Shown: piece by piece, positions 25,113-37,952 of the stretch
Numbering within the stretch: position 1 is the first letter of the stretch
Layout of the letters: every line of letters starts with the position of its first letter
Origin: Mytilus edulis
Taxonomy: Eukaryota
Direction of reading: 5' to 3'
DNA: 64,000 nt
Assembly: GCF_963676685.1 (NCBI RefSeq)
Contig: NC_092356.1
Coordinates: 248,001 to 312,000 of the forward strand
The notes under the pieces: generated by a model
What the model saw: only the letters and a program-made list of their open reading frames with translations
Database searches by the model: none
What the model was told of the DNA's origin: nothing
Made by a program: the position numbers and the translations under genes

Positions 25113-25958
25113 AAATACAAAATTGAATATGATGAGTTTATTATACAGAAGTTACAAACTTCACAAATAATACACGATGTTCTTAAAGTATAGATTATGG
25201 ATACTGACGTTATTAATTGTCTTAATATCGTGAGGGCGAGCTGGACTCAAAAAAAAAATGAAAATAAATCACTGAGGCCAGGACTGGACTAGAACTATAT
25301 TATTCTTTTATTTGTCCTTTTGAATTACTGTAAATCTACTGCGTAGTCTGTTTTTTTTTTTTAGATATCCATTAAACGAGACTCTGTACTTATTTATCCC
25401 TCATTGTGTTATTGTTCTCACCATTTTTGCATTCTTGTCTTTCAGTTTTGCTTATGTAGTTTGTCTTTATGCCATGTTGTGTTTCTGTGATGCATACATG
25501 TTTGACGTGGTTCTGTACTTATACATCCCGTCATTGAGTTATTGTTCTATTATAATTTTTGTATTCTTGTCTTTCATTTTTTGCTAATGTGCTTTGTCTA
25601 TTTGTCTTTTTGTAAGTCTTCTTTGTTACATATTTGTTTGTTTTTATAGTGATTAAGATAACAACACAATGTTGGGTGCTGTACCCCTATTTTTGATATT
25701 TGTACCTGTTATGTGCTGGACATTATCCAATAAATAGTATATTTATGTTGGATATCAAGCAATGACTTCTAATCTGCATTAAAAATATTTAATATGTTAA
25801 AACGTTTTCCATAAAACATTTTATTTGTGTTTAATGACGTACAGAAAATTCCAAGCATCTATTTGTTAAGCAATTGTATACAGTGTATATGTTTTAACAA
25901 CAATTTAGGACAGGCTTCAAACAGCAAACTCAGGTATCTATCGGTTAATCAATATTTG

Positions 25959-26215
25959 TTACACCCAACCATCTACTTGTGACGATCTCAATGGTGGTTT
26001 CTGACCAGATGCCCCGCCCTTCTTCAGTGCATTCTGTACACGTGCCCAGGAGCTATTTCTCTTTTTCTCCAGATTTTCTTTGGCAATGACCAGTTTCCTT
26101 CTGACGTAACATATGATAACAAGTGCTACGATAGCTATCACCATGGTAACAGCTAGGATACAGTAACTGACAATCTCGATAATAGTCATACATATGGTTG
26201 GACCCAGGGTTATAC
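25959..26215 (-). CDS. LRR gene D exon 3: transmembrane helix and basic cytoplasmic tail
   Basis: tttcAG|GT acceptor; GITLGPTIC..IVSYCILAVTMVIAIVALVIICYVRRK; extends ORF 25959..26189. Confidence 0.9.
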
Positions 26216-26638
26216 CTGAAATATATGTTGATTGATATTATTTCATTTTGATAATTCACTGGGATGACGTATACCACTTGGTATTCATGGAATAAATCTA
26301 TGATCTATAGAAGACAAATTTCTGGTAGGTACTTTACTTTATTTATCGCAAACAAATGTCGACAAATTTATAAAGCAATTTGACCAACGTGATCAAATGC
26401 AATTGTTTTGAATACAGAAGATTGTTTATGGTTTAAATTCGTGGTTTATGATTAATCGACCAGAGATCAACCCTGGTCTTGTGTTGGTGTTCTAGTTGTC
26501 CATGTTAAGTTCTCATGTAGAGTTATGTAGAATGTGTTGATCCTTTTTTCGTTTTTTTTTCTGGCCACGAGGTAGTTGGTTTTTCTTCGCCTTATGCATT
26601 TGGATCGTTCCTTTTGTATATTTAAACGTCCTACTCAC

Positions 26639-26704
26639 CTGGTAAATCTCCACAAGCGTTTGCAGTGTCACACATCTCGTCATAATACTTGGAAGCTTTC
26701 TTGT
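26639..26704 (-). CDS. LRR gene D exon 2 (66 bp; NKKASKYYDEMCDTANACGDLPG)
   Basis: ttttcAG acceptor and CAG|GTGAGT donor, phase 1-1. Confidence 0.9.
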
Positions 26705-27809
26705 CTGAAAAACATATAGCCTTGCCAATTATAAAGGAATACTAGTAGTACAGTAGGATTCGAATTTTTAGCATACACACAAAACTTAAAAGAGAGTTTT
26801 GTTTCATTTTTTTTTTTATTTACCAAATGAGCAATGAGTGAAGCCCTTTTGAATGTAACCAGTATTAAATTTAATAAAGCGGAACCTTGCAGTGACTAAC
26901 CTTAAAGGTGATAGTTTTTATTTTGTTTCGTTTTGAAGGCATCACTTTGACTTTCAGATGAAGTACAGCATCCCGAACTTCCAAGAGTTAAACATAATAC
27001 TAAAATTATGTACTATTCCCCTCCTTTCACTTGGGTCTTTCTCATGATTCAATTTGGCCGCTATTCATGTGTATTGATACTGGTAACATTTTCCAAATTA
27101 CATGTGTGTCTCTATGAGATGAAACATGCATAACTGTAGTTATCATATCTTCGAATCATTACGTATAAAAACAAATTATCTATGAATATTAGTTATCTCC
27201 CCAAAAGAGGCGTGGCTTGTAAAACAGATGCATTTACAAGTGTAACCTACATTTACAAAATGTACATTTTTTGATTGAGTTAAGTCTGCCAATTGATATT
27301 TTATCGTATGTTTTTCTTTGTTGTGATGTTATGCTATTGTTTCAGAAAAAGGGAGAAGGTTTGGATCCATTAAAACGTTTAATCCCGCTGCAAATGTTTG
27401 CACCTGTCCTAAGTCAGGAATCTGATGTACAGTAGTTGTCGTTTGTTTATGTAATATATACGTGTTTCTCGTTTCTCGTTTTGTTTATATAGATTAGACC
27501 GTTGGTTTTCCCGTTTGAATGGTTTTACACTAGTAATTTTGGGGCCCTTTATAGCTTGTTGTTCGGTGTGAGCTAAGGCTCCGTGTTGAAGGCCGTACTT
27601 TAACCTATAATGGTTTACTTTTTAAATTGTTATTTGTATGGAGAGTTGTCTCATTGGCACTCACACCACATCTTCCTATATCTATTGACCTATAACATGT
27701 ATAATGGTTTACTTTTCCAAATTGGTATTTGAAATGAGAGTTGTCTCATTGGCACCCATACCACATCTTCCTATATATTTATACAATTTTCATTATAATA
27801 TATACGTAC

Positions 27810-28686
27810 TCTGATATTCAGCAGGTGTACCGCAAATGATTCCTGATGGTAAGGCTATACCATTGGTTGTGGCATGAGTGAGGATCCATAAGTTATCGCA
27901 CGTGCATTCAAACGGGATACCATCTAGATCAAGGGAAGATAATCCCGCTAGTGTGCTAATCAAAGCAGTTTCTATCTTTGTTATCCCAGCATTGCCAGCA
28001 AATGACAAAGACGTCAACGCTGTATTCTGAGCGAACAGTGCATCATCAACTGAAGTCAGTCCAATGTTGTCGAATCTTATTGATTTGACAAGAGTCTGTC
28101 CATCAAGCATACCAACCGGGATTTGATTACCGGAAACCACTGTGTTCTTTATGACAAATTCGGCGGTCGGGACGGGAACGTCCAGTTTTTCTATAGATAG
28201 ACCCGTAAGAATATTAGATGCTAGTGTGTTCACTGAACCTCCTTCAATCCAGAGAGAGTTAAGTGTTACTAAGTTTGAGAAAACACTAGAAGGAAGCGAC
28301 TGAATGTCACAGTTACTTATTTTTAGTTCTTGAAGATAACTCATGCTCGAAAATAAAGCTTGTGAAATCGTAAGTGTTCCTCCAGAACTACAAATAACTT
28401 GTAAGCTTGCAGCATAATCAAGATCAATCAAATTAGCAGCGTACGATGAAAAGCCTGAGAAAGTGTTTGTTGGTAAAGTGCCGCTTACAGCATTGATGAT
28501 AAGACGCTGTGGATACGGATCAGTGAACCCGGTAAAGGTAAGTGGTGCTGTGTAACTTCCGAATGTACACGTATAGATACCTGTTGATGAATCTGTACTG
28601 TCGTACGTACATCCGGTAGGCTGTGCACTATACACATATCCGATGTACGTTGTACATAAGTACACAAACACTTCTACAATTTTCAT
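27810..28686 (-). CDS. LRR gene D exon 1; full CDS join 27810..28686, 26639..26704, 25959..26215 (399 aa)
   Basis: ORF 27793..28686; PFECTCDNLW LRRCT; donor CAGA|GTACGT, phase 1. Confidence 0.92.
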
Positions 28687-29617
28687 CTTGTTTTAATAAA
28701 GTTCAAATTTAAACACTATTCTGCAGCATGAATCAGACTATGATGGTCTACATTTTAACGAAAACAATCACATTTCTTATTTCAGCTGGGTCACAAAATT
28801 ATGTTGAACTTTTAGTTCCAATTTTTTTTCTATTTAATCTTTTGATCGTTATAAATGTTATCAACTGTGACTAATATGTATTACAGGTTCAAATATTGGT
28901 GTATTACAAAATATGGATTAGAACTTAATAAGATCTAACAAAAATAAATATTAAATCTTTTAGAGACCAACCTAAAGATGTCCTACATTCGAAGCTAGAA
29001 AATACAATTTAACAAATAGTAATAGGATTAGATATAAGTAATATAAAATAATCAAGTGTTAACTTAAAGGTATTATTAATTATTAAGAAACATATCAAAA
29101 TATGATTGAGTTAGTATGTCTCATTGGGGTTGAAGCGTGTCGCGGAATTGGCCAATATTTTTGTAAGCGTGACACGTGAATGTCAGCTTGTGCTTAAAAA
29201 AACAAAAGAAGGCAGGACGCGAGGAATTACAAGCGTTATTATAACAGTGATAAGCAGGATACGGAAATCTGACAAAACAATAAGCAGATTCAGGGATCAC
29301 ACCGTTCAAATATTACTGGAGGACAAAAACCACAAACATAGTCAGCAGATTCAGGGATCACACCGTTCAAATATTACTGGAGGAAAAAAACAATAAGCAG
29401 ATCAGTCAGGGATCACACCGTTCTAATATGACTGAGGGACAAAAACCACAAAAAATACAGATACTGATACAGCGACAAATATTCTTTACATTTTTTTACA
29501 TAGCAGAATTTTATCTAGGTAAACAAACATAAAGAACCTTCAATAAAACAGTATTTCAAATTTCAAATACAAGTAATATTACTAAACAAACATCGCCAGC
29601 ATTTTATCTCATTAATG

Positions 29618-32600
29618 CAGTGATGTGGAAGGATTTTTTCAGTATGGGCCCTGGGCCCCCAAAAACAATATTTAATGGGCCATTTTGAGATTTAATGGGC
29701 CTTGTTGTCAAATGAATGGGCCATTGATTTATAACAACAACAAAAAACCAAAAATGTATGTTTCAGCAAAAAGGTACTAACCTTGTGATTCTAATTTGCA
29801 TTGTCTCTTTGCTTTTGTAAATTCAATGATAATTTAAGTCTTAGTTCATGCTGATATATTTATGTTTTTTGTGAAAAAGACTAAATAAAGGCAACAGTAG
29901 TATACCGCTGTTCAAAACTCATAAATCCATGGACAAATAACAAAATCGGGGTAACAAACTAAAACCGAGGGAAAAGCATTAAATATAAGAGAACAACGAC
30001 ATAACACTAAAATGTAACACACATAGACAAAATCCCACGAGAATAACAAATATAACATATATATATAACATCAAAACCAAATACATGAAATTGGATAGAC
30101 AAGTACCGTGACACGTCTTATCGCAATGTGAATTTACACTCAAAAATAAGAGAAAACAAACGACACAACGTTATAATGTAATACACACAGAAACGAACTA
30201 TAATATAATAATATATAATATATATACTAACATTGTATTTGTTCATCATATGATCATATGTCTCTTTGCTTTTGTAAATTCAATAATTTAGGTCTAGACT
30301 AACTTTTATTATTTAGAGAAGACATCATAACATGATGAAACTTAATTAAATAAACATCAATTATCAAACAATATAGTACAATACAACAATGTGCAAGTAA
30401 CAACATCATAGAAATAGTATCACAATAAAATTAAACAGATAAACACCATATCTGTATTAAATACTGGATAAAACTGAGACTAGAGCTTTCAACATTGTTT
30501 ATGTTAATAATAGCAGCCTATAATTAGCTGATCTAGACATATAAGTTTAGGTTAATTGACTAGAATATTAAGATCTTGATTTCAAGAGTCTTCTTTTTTT
30601 CTTGTGCCACCTTTCAAGTGAGGATTTAAAGTTATGGTGTGCCAAACCCTTGCCATGCATTTTTATTCTTATAAGTTTGTCACACTGTTCGTGATTGAGA
30701 CAGTTCCTTTTTGGGGTCAGTATTTGATTTTGAATAGAAAATGTCCTTTCACAGTCAGCAGTGTGTAAAGGAATAATAAGGGATATCTGTGCCAGCTTAA
30801 TGCTGTTGGGTAGATCTTCTGTGTGATGTACAGTCAGAAGTTGCCACAGATGCTTCATTCTATCTACTGGATATTTGAGTGATTTTACAATTAGCTTTGC
30901 CTCCCTCCATTCTTTCAATACAATATCTATATCAAATATGGGGGCAGAGACTTTTCCTTTATGGACCAACTAATAATAGATTATAGATGTAGTAGTTAGC
31001 AACTAGTCTCATATTAATTGTTTTCATTTGATTTGGCAATCATATAAAAAAAAACAAATGTTAAATGGTCAATGATGGCCATCATACAGAAATATTATTT
31101 GGTCAAAACAACAATTACTTTGTCAAGTACATACCTTTGCAACAGCAACATCAAGGTCTTTCTTTTGTAAGGTTAAGCATAACTTCGACACTATCGGTAG
31201 TACATCCATCAGCATATAAGTGATATATATAAAACTAGTTGTTGCCATTTTTTTTAATAAGCCATTTGCCTTTGGGTCCTTTGATGCTTGCCTTTTATGG
31301 AAGTATGAAATGAGAGCATCAAGACTACGATAAACCGCCTGCACAGCCTCAAAACAGGATAACCATCTGACAGCATGTATCTCTTTGCATTTTAATATTG
31401 GTAAATTTAGTACTGACTGTACTTCATGTAATTCACCTTCTCTTGTTGGGAAAGCTTTGAAGTAATAAAATACAGAAGTCCACCATTTCTGATAATGTTT
31501 CATTAATTGAACACCTTCTGCTGCTTGGCTTGTACAAAGGGCTAATCTATGAGCCATACAATGAATGTGTATCATATGTGGGTTTAATTCCATCAACCAC
31601 CCTTTAACACCCTTATCAGACCCTGACATTACAGTTGCTCCATCAGAGCCAAAACCTATTAGTTTGTCATTAGTAATGTTGTGTTTTGCCATTTCCTCTA
31701 TAATAACCGAGGTCAAACCTTCACCAGTTCCATCGGAGTAAGATTTATCCCGTAGGATTACAGTTTCAGGAATTGATGTTTCTGGGTCAATAATCCTTGC
31801 ATTAATGGTAATCTTTTTATTGTTAGAAGTGTCAGTGCTTTCATCTGCTAGAATGGTAACATAAGGCGATTTTGAAATTTTTTCATCAATCTCTGATTCA
31901 ATTTCCAAATCAATGGCAGCAAGGATTTCTGTAGCCGAATAATAACTTTCGTAATTAATTCTGTCATTGAATTTTAAGTTTTCAAGTTTAGTGACTCCTA
32001 CTTTTTTCAAAAAATTAATCATTGATTCATATTTATTAAGAGGCAAATCTTCTGAAGCTAACCAATAAACTGCCATCATTGCAAGAATTATGGCTTAATC
32101 CTCAGCACTGTCGAGTTTGTTACATGATTTAGTAAATTCTTGCTGATGTATTGGTGTTGATATTGCTTGTTTGTGGTCAGGTGTCTCTTGATGTCTAGAC
32201 ATAGTACTTGTTTTGAATGTTGTGCAGACTAATGCAAGGTAATTTTTCTTCCCAGCCTTTTGACAAGATTTGCAATACATTTTCGTGCCATCATACAAAA
32301 GCCAGGGCCATAACTTTTCCCAAACAGGGTGATATTTGCGGGAATCTTTATTTACAGCAGTAGTACTAGTACCTTCACCGGGATCGTCGTGTTTGTTGTC
32401 ATGTTCAACTTCATTTGGGTCTTCGTCGACCGCCATACTTTCCTCAGTAATGTCCGTATCTGTGTTGGGCGTTTGAGACAACTCCTCTGCATTTTCTGAA
32501 TTATTGTTTTTATCCCGACCAACAAAAGAAAGTAATGTTTTTTGTCCAGGCAAAACAACAATTCGCTGTTTCTTTGGAGGCATGTTTACAAATTTTAAAA

Positions 32601-33084
32601 ATAAACCAAAGACCAAAAAGTTGACAAGGACAGTTAAGCGCCTTTTTATAGAGACAATTTCGATATTTTAATAAAAAGCCCCCGGGTCAATTGAAATTAT
32701 AGGGAGTTTGATTTAAATTTTTTAATTTGTAAAAATTTCTACTCTTTACAAGCCAACTTTTACAGATTTAAAGTTGTTTGCTTTGAAATATTTAAAATAT
32801 TCTTGATTATGTTTTATTTTGTAAATCAGATATACCACATGTTGTTATCGTGGACATAAATCAAAACGCCCGAGACGACTCGAAAATGTTATGGTGCTCC
32901 TATCTTTGGAGCAAAACACAACACCGTTTTGGACACAAATCATGGCGACACGAAACTTTCAAACACAATCGGAAATTCAACTTGCGATGTCTAAACGAAG
33001 CAAAAATATTGTGCGCCACTCCGGCGCTGGCATACGTGACTCTATGCGCAATGGGCGCATGGCGCTCGACTTTCCCGATCACTG
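29618..33084 (-). mobile_element. hAT-superfamily DNA transposon, ~3.47 kb
   Basis: Imperfect TIRs CAGTGATGTGGAAGG / CAGTGATCGGGAAAG; ttaatg on both flanks; internal transposase. Confidence 0.85.
30568..32616 (-). pseudogene. Defective ZNF862-like hAT transposase
   Basis: TTF-type Zn finger (WPWL..MYCKSC..H..H), LADESTD, GFGSDGA, HCMAHRLAL, VRWLS, and dimerisation motif PLHTADCERTFS; in-frame TAA at 32095 between two same-frame ORFs. Confidence 0.88.
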
Positions 33085-33823
33085 TTAATGATCATTGTGA
33101 AAAGAAATTGCAATACATTTTAAATAGAAATAATCCGTTACAAAAAATGATAAGTCTCAGACTGATTCCCGATCATTTAACAAATTGCCCTTTATTGACG
33201 ACTTTTATTTGTTTTTTTTAATTTTTGGCTTATATCTGAAAAAAACTGTAATAGATAGACAAAACGTAAATAAGCAAAAATGATCAGCAAGACAAGATCT
33301 ACACATTATATATTTTTATAGATAAACAAACCGTCAGTTCACTCCTCATATAAGACTAAATAAGATGGAATAGGCTTTGAATTAATTTAGCTATCTCTCT
33401 CTTAGCGAGTGTTCTCAGATCTGTACTTTGTGTCTTCTTTGTTCTTGTGAGGAATGCATACATTCCCTAGCATGTCATGTCTGCTTTTTTAAGATGTTTT
33501 CTACATTGTATAAATCGAGGAAATTAAGCCCTTTTCAACTGATGTTATAGTGTGTTCTTATTGTGTATAGCTACAAAACAGCCACGGATCAGGGAAGGCG
33601 CCTTTTTAAAATGTCTAACCAACATTATTTGTATGTCTGTTAAAAATCAGGATCCTGTAGTGCATCGGTTGTAATTGGTTTATATCTGTCATATTTATCC
33701 GCTAGTTTGCACATTTGCATAGCTTTATATTTTTTTTTATGTCGGGCTTTTTATAACTACAGATCGTCGAGGTCCTACGGTTGCCCTTAATTGTTAACAT
33801 TCGCTTCGAACTTTGACCTTGGG

Positions 33824-34554
33824 TTGATAAGTGTGTGGCTGACATATCCTTACTTGTTTATATGGTCTTTGATTGATAAGTGTGTGGCTGACATATCCTT
33901 ACTTGTTTATATGGTCTTTGATTGATAAGTGTGTGGCTGACATATCCTTACTTGTTTATATGGTCTTTGATTGATAAGTGTGTGGCTGACATATCCTTAC
34001 TTGTTTATATGGTCTTTGATTGATAAGTGTGTGGCTGACATATCCTTACTTGTTTATATGGTCTTTGATTGATAAGTGTGTGGCTGACATATCCTTACTT
34101 GTTTATATGGTCTTTGATTGATAAGTGTGTGGCTGACACATCCTTACTTGTTTATATGGTCTTTGATTGATAAGTGTGTGGCTGACATATCCTTACTTGT
34201 TTATATGGTCTTTGATTGATAAGTGTGTGGCTGACATATCCTTACTTGTATATATGGTCTTTGATTGATAAGTGTGTGGCTGACATATCCTTACTTGTTT
34301 ATATGGTCTTTGATTGATAAGTGTGTGGCTGACATATCCTTACTTGTTTATATGGTCTTTGATTGATAAGTGTGTGGCTGACATATCCTTACTTGTTTAT
34401 ATGGTCTTTGATTGATAAGTGTGTGGCTGACATATCCTTACTTGTTTATATGGTCTTTGATTGATAAGTGTGTGGCTGATATATCCTTACTTGTTTATAT
34501 GGTCTTTGATTGATAAGTGTGTGGCTGACATATCCTTTCTTGTTTATATGGTCT
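33824..34554 (+). repeat. 49-bp minisatellite, ~15 copies
   Basis: Unit ttgataagtgtgtggctgacatatccttacttgtttatatggtctttga. Confidence 0.95.
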
Positions 34555-35198
34555 CCTGTAATTCAGTGGTTGTTGTTTGTTTATCATCATGTGTTACATA
34601 TTTGTTTTTCGTTCATTTTTTTTTACATTAATAAGGCCGTTAGTTTTCTCGTTTAAATTGTTTTACATTGTCTTATCGGGGCCTTTTATAGCTGACTATG
34701 CGGTATGGGCTTTGCGATGACCTATAAATGTTAATTTCTGTGTCATTTTGGTCTTTTGTGGATAGTTGTCTCATTGGCAATCATACCACATCTTCTTTTT
34801 TATATTTGATTGGTAAGTGTGTGGCTGATACTATGACATTAACAAATTTAGATGAAACACGAGGTTCAGTAATTCAATGGTTGTTACGTTCTGTAACATT
34901 TATTCTTATTTTGATTTAGTGTTCGTTTGTTTTAAAACTGTCTAGAATATAGAATTATATTGAGAAATGAAATGTGACATTGAAATGCATCGTGGTTGCT
35001 TTCATGCAATCAAAAGTACGTATTGTTATAAACTAGACTTCTAAATCATGATAAAACATTTAAAATTTCACCTTTTAATAATCAATGGAAAAAAATCATA
35101 AGTTACCAATTTTATAATAAAAGAAATAAAGTTTTCGCCAATGGATAATCTGAAACGTCTGTATCTTTTACAGGTATCATTGGATTAAAATTTGATAT

Positions 35199-35419
35199 CT
35201 AAGTCCATGCATTTGAATCTCTTTTCTCCCTTCTTCCTCCTTTTCTCTTCTCTTTCCTCTGGTTTCCGTTTCTGCCATTGTCTTGCTTCGCTCTCAGTGT
35301 GCTGCGACGTAGATATATTACCAGTATAAGAGCAACGATACCAAATATCAGACACACAAATGTCACACAGTAACAGATCAACTGGAATAAACCAATACAA
35401 GAGCCGCCGACTACTATTC
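35199..35419 (-). CDS. LRR gene E exon 3: transmembrane helix and highly basic tail (alternative acceptor at 35475)
   Basis: ttttatAG|GA; GIVVGGSCIGLFQLICYCVTFVCLIFGIVALILVIYLRR; TAG at 35199. Confidence 0.85.
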
Positions 35420-35493
35420 CTATAAAATATAAATCAACTGGAATAAACCAATACAAGAGCCGCCGACTACTATTCCTATAAAATATAAATCAA
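35377..35493 (-). repeat. 56-bp direct duplication covering the exon 3 acceptor of gene E
   Basis: atcaactggaataaaccaatacaagagccgccgactactattcctataaaatataa occurs twice, offset 56. Confidence 0.93.
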
Positions 35494-35700
35494 TAATACA
35501 CATGTTAAGTCAAGTTCATTGGTGGACGTCATGACAACGAAAGCGGTTTATTACACCACGTGAATAAATTCCTATAGAACACAGACAAAATAGTTCTAAT
35601 ATAATTATAATATATGTTTAATCAAATATGTTTTAGAACATAATTTTACTGCAACTAATTGTATTCAGTCTCCAAATCGTTCCTGCAAATGTTCAATTTG

Positions 35701-36303
35701 TATGGCGCGGAATCAGGGTCAAAAATACTTATTTACGTATAAACATAATTATTTCTGTATATACGGAATTCGATTTATGTATATACGTAAATCGAATTCC
35801 GTATATACGTTAATCGAATTCTGTATATACAGAAATAATTACGTATATACGTAAATTGAATTCTGTATATACATAAATCGAATTCCGTATATACAGAAAT
35901 AATTATGTATATACGTAAATATACAGAAATAATTATGTATATACGAAATTCGATTTACGTATATACGAAATTCAATTAACGTATATACAGAACTCGATTT
36001 ACGTATATACGTAAATCGAATTCCGTATATACAGAAATACTATCTTTCTGTCTTTACATAAATATTTCTGTATATACGGAATTATTTCTGTATATACGTA
36101 ATTCGATTTCTGTATATACGTTATTCGATTTCTGTGTATACGGAATTAATTTTGTATATACGTAATTCTATTTCTGTGTATACGGAATTATTTCTGTATA
36201 TACATAATTGGATTAACGTATATACGTAATTAGTTTTGTATATACGTAAATCGAATTATGTATATACACAAAGAAGTATTTTTGACCCTGATTCCGCGCC
36301 ATA
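35701..36303. mobile_element. Foldback/MITE in gene E intron 2
   Basis: Perfect 30-bp inverted ends tatggcgcggaatcagggtcaaaaatactt; interior of ~21-bp subrepeats in both orientations. Confidence 0.88.
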
Positions 36304-36747
36304 AATTTGGGTTCCGATTATCTACAGAATTAGGTGAACTCTATTTCTTACTATCATACCAGAACGTTGGCATGGTATCGTGTAACAAGTAACATGATTT
36401 GCAATTAATTTAAACAAAAGACATTCTCTGCCTATTAATTAACTAAGGGATCTTTTGCTGAGTGTTCATGTCTCCCTGTGATTTACGATGACGAAAAATT
36501 AATACATACTCATGTTGGTTTTGTCAAGTGCACGTACAGTGTCGGATTAACGGCATGAATAAATAACTGTTTTCATTCTTTCCATTACAAAAAAAAACCA
36601 GAAATGAAACAAATAAATATAAAGTAAAATCATTCGTGTAATACAATAAATTTAGAGGCAAACAAGTTTCGTCTCCGTCACAAGTACAAAAAAGTTAAAA
36701 TGTATATTAAAGATGAAAATGATATATAAAATAAAACGAAGTCTTAC

Positions 36748-36813
36748 CCATTTCTCCATTGCATGCATCAGTTGAGGTTGCAAACGCCTGTGCCCAAACT
36801 GCTAAACTTTTAT
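36748..36813 (-). CDS. LRR gene E exon 2 (66 bp; YKSLAVWAQAFATSTDACNGEMG)
   Basis: cttccAG acceptor, TGG|GTAAGA donor; same length and phase as paralogous exons. Confidence 0.82.
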
Positions 36814-37219
36814 CTGGAAGTAGTAATCACACATCTTGAATATTTCATAACAATTGGTTTGTGTTGTTGTATTCTGAAGTACTGATATTCTGAAGTACTG
36901 TATTCTGAAGTACTGATTTTCCATGGGGTCTAGTATTTTTGTGATTTTACTTTTTACTACAGTCATTATGACCTTGTTTTCAATATTGATCTTGTGCACC
37001 GTAATTGATTGATTGATTGATTGCTTGTTGTTTGCCTAACGTCGACGGTTATACTCTTTGTTTGATAGATTTAAAAGACAAAGATTACTTTGGATTCGTT
37101 ATTCGAATATTTGAATGACATGACACACTCGTTAACTTACGCTATTCAACGGATTCGAGTGACATAATAATATCACATAATACTAACTTCATTTGACAGA
37201 ATCAAACTATACGCTATGC

Positions 37220-37952
37220 ACTTGATTACTTACACCTAGGCTAGAAATGACAGCTGTTTCATCAAAAGTGATGTTATTTGTAACAGTGTAATTATAATAC
37301 AGAGTGATAACTTACATTGGTCAGCAGCCGGAGTGAAACAAACAGCTGCTCTATCAAAATGATGCTATTGGCTACAGTATAATCATAATATTCAGTGATA
37401 TATATAACTTACTTGTTCAGTAGCCGGAATGCAACACACAGCTGCTCCATCAAAAGTGATGTTACTGCTACAGTGTAATCATAATACAAAGTGATAACTT
37501 GCATTGTTGAGCAGCTGAAATGGAACAGACAGCTGCTCTGTCAAAAGTGATGTTATTGGCTACAGTATAATCATAATACCAAGTAATAACTTACATTGTT
37601 CAGCAGCTAGAGTGGAACAGACAGCTGCTCTGTCAAAAGTGATGTTATTGGCTACAGTATAATCATAATACCAAGTGATAACTTGCATTGTTCAGCAGCT
37701 GGAGTGGAACAGACAGCTGCTCTGTCAAAAGTGATGTTATTGGCTACAGTATAATCATAATACCAAGTGATAACTTACTTGTTCAGCAGCCGGAGAGGAA
37801 CACACAGCTGCTCTGTCAAAAGTGATGTTATTGGCTACAATATAATCATAATACCAAGTGATAACTTACATTGTTCAGCAGCTGGAGTTGAACAAACAGC
37901 TGCTCCGTCAAAAGTGATGTTATTGGCTACAGTGTAATCATAATACCAAGTG
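37220..37952 (-). repeat. ~92-bp tandem repeat (7 intronic copies plus the real junction) in gene E intron 1; unit = exon 1 end plus donor
   Basis: acttac/acttgc recurs at 37228, 37310, 37407, 37497, 37589, 37681, 37773, 37864. Confidence 0.93.

Noticed and set aside
33824-34554. 49-bp array as another donor-seeded repeat (contains GTAAG on the minus strand)
   Set aside because: Intergenic, no adjoining exon, and flanked by pieces of the common dispersed repeat.
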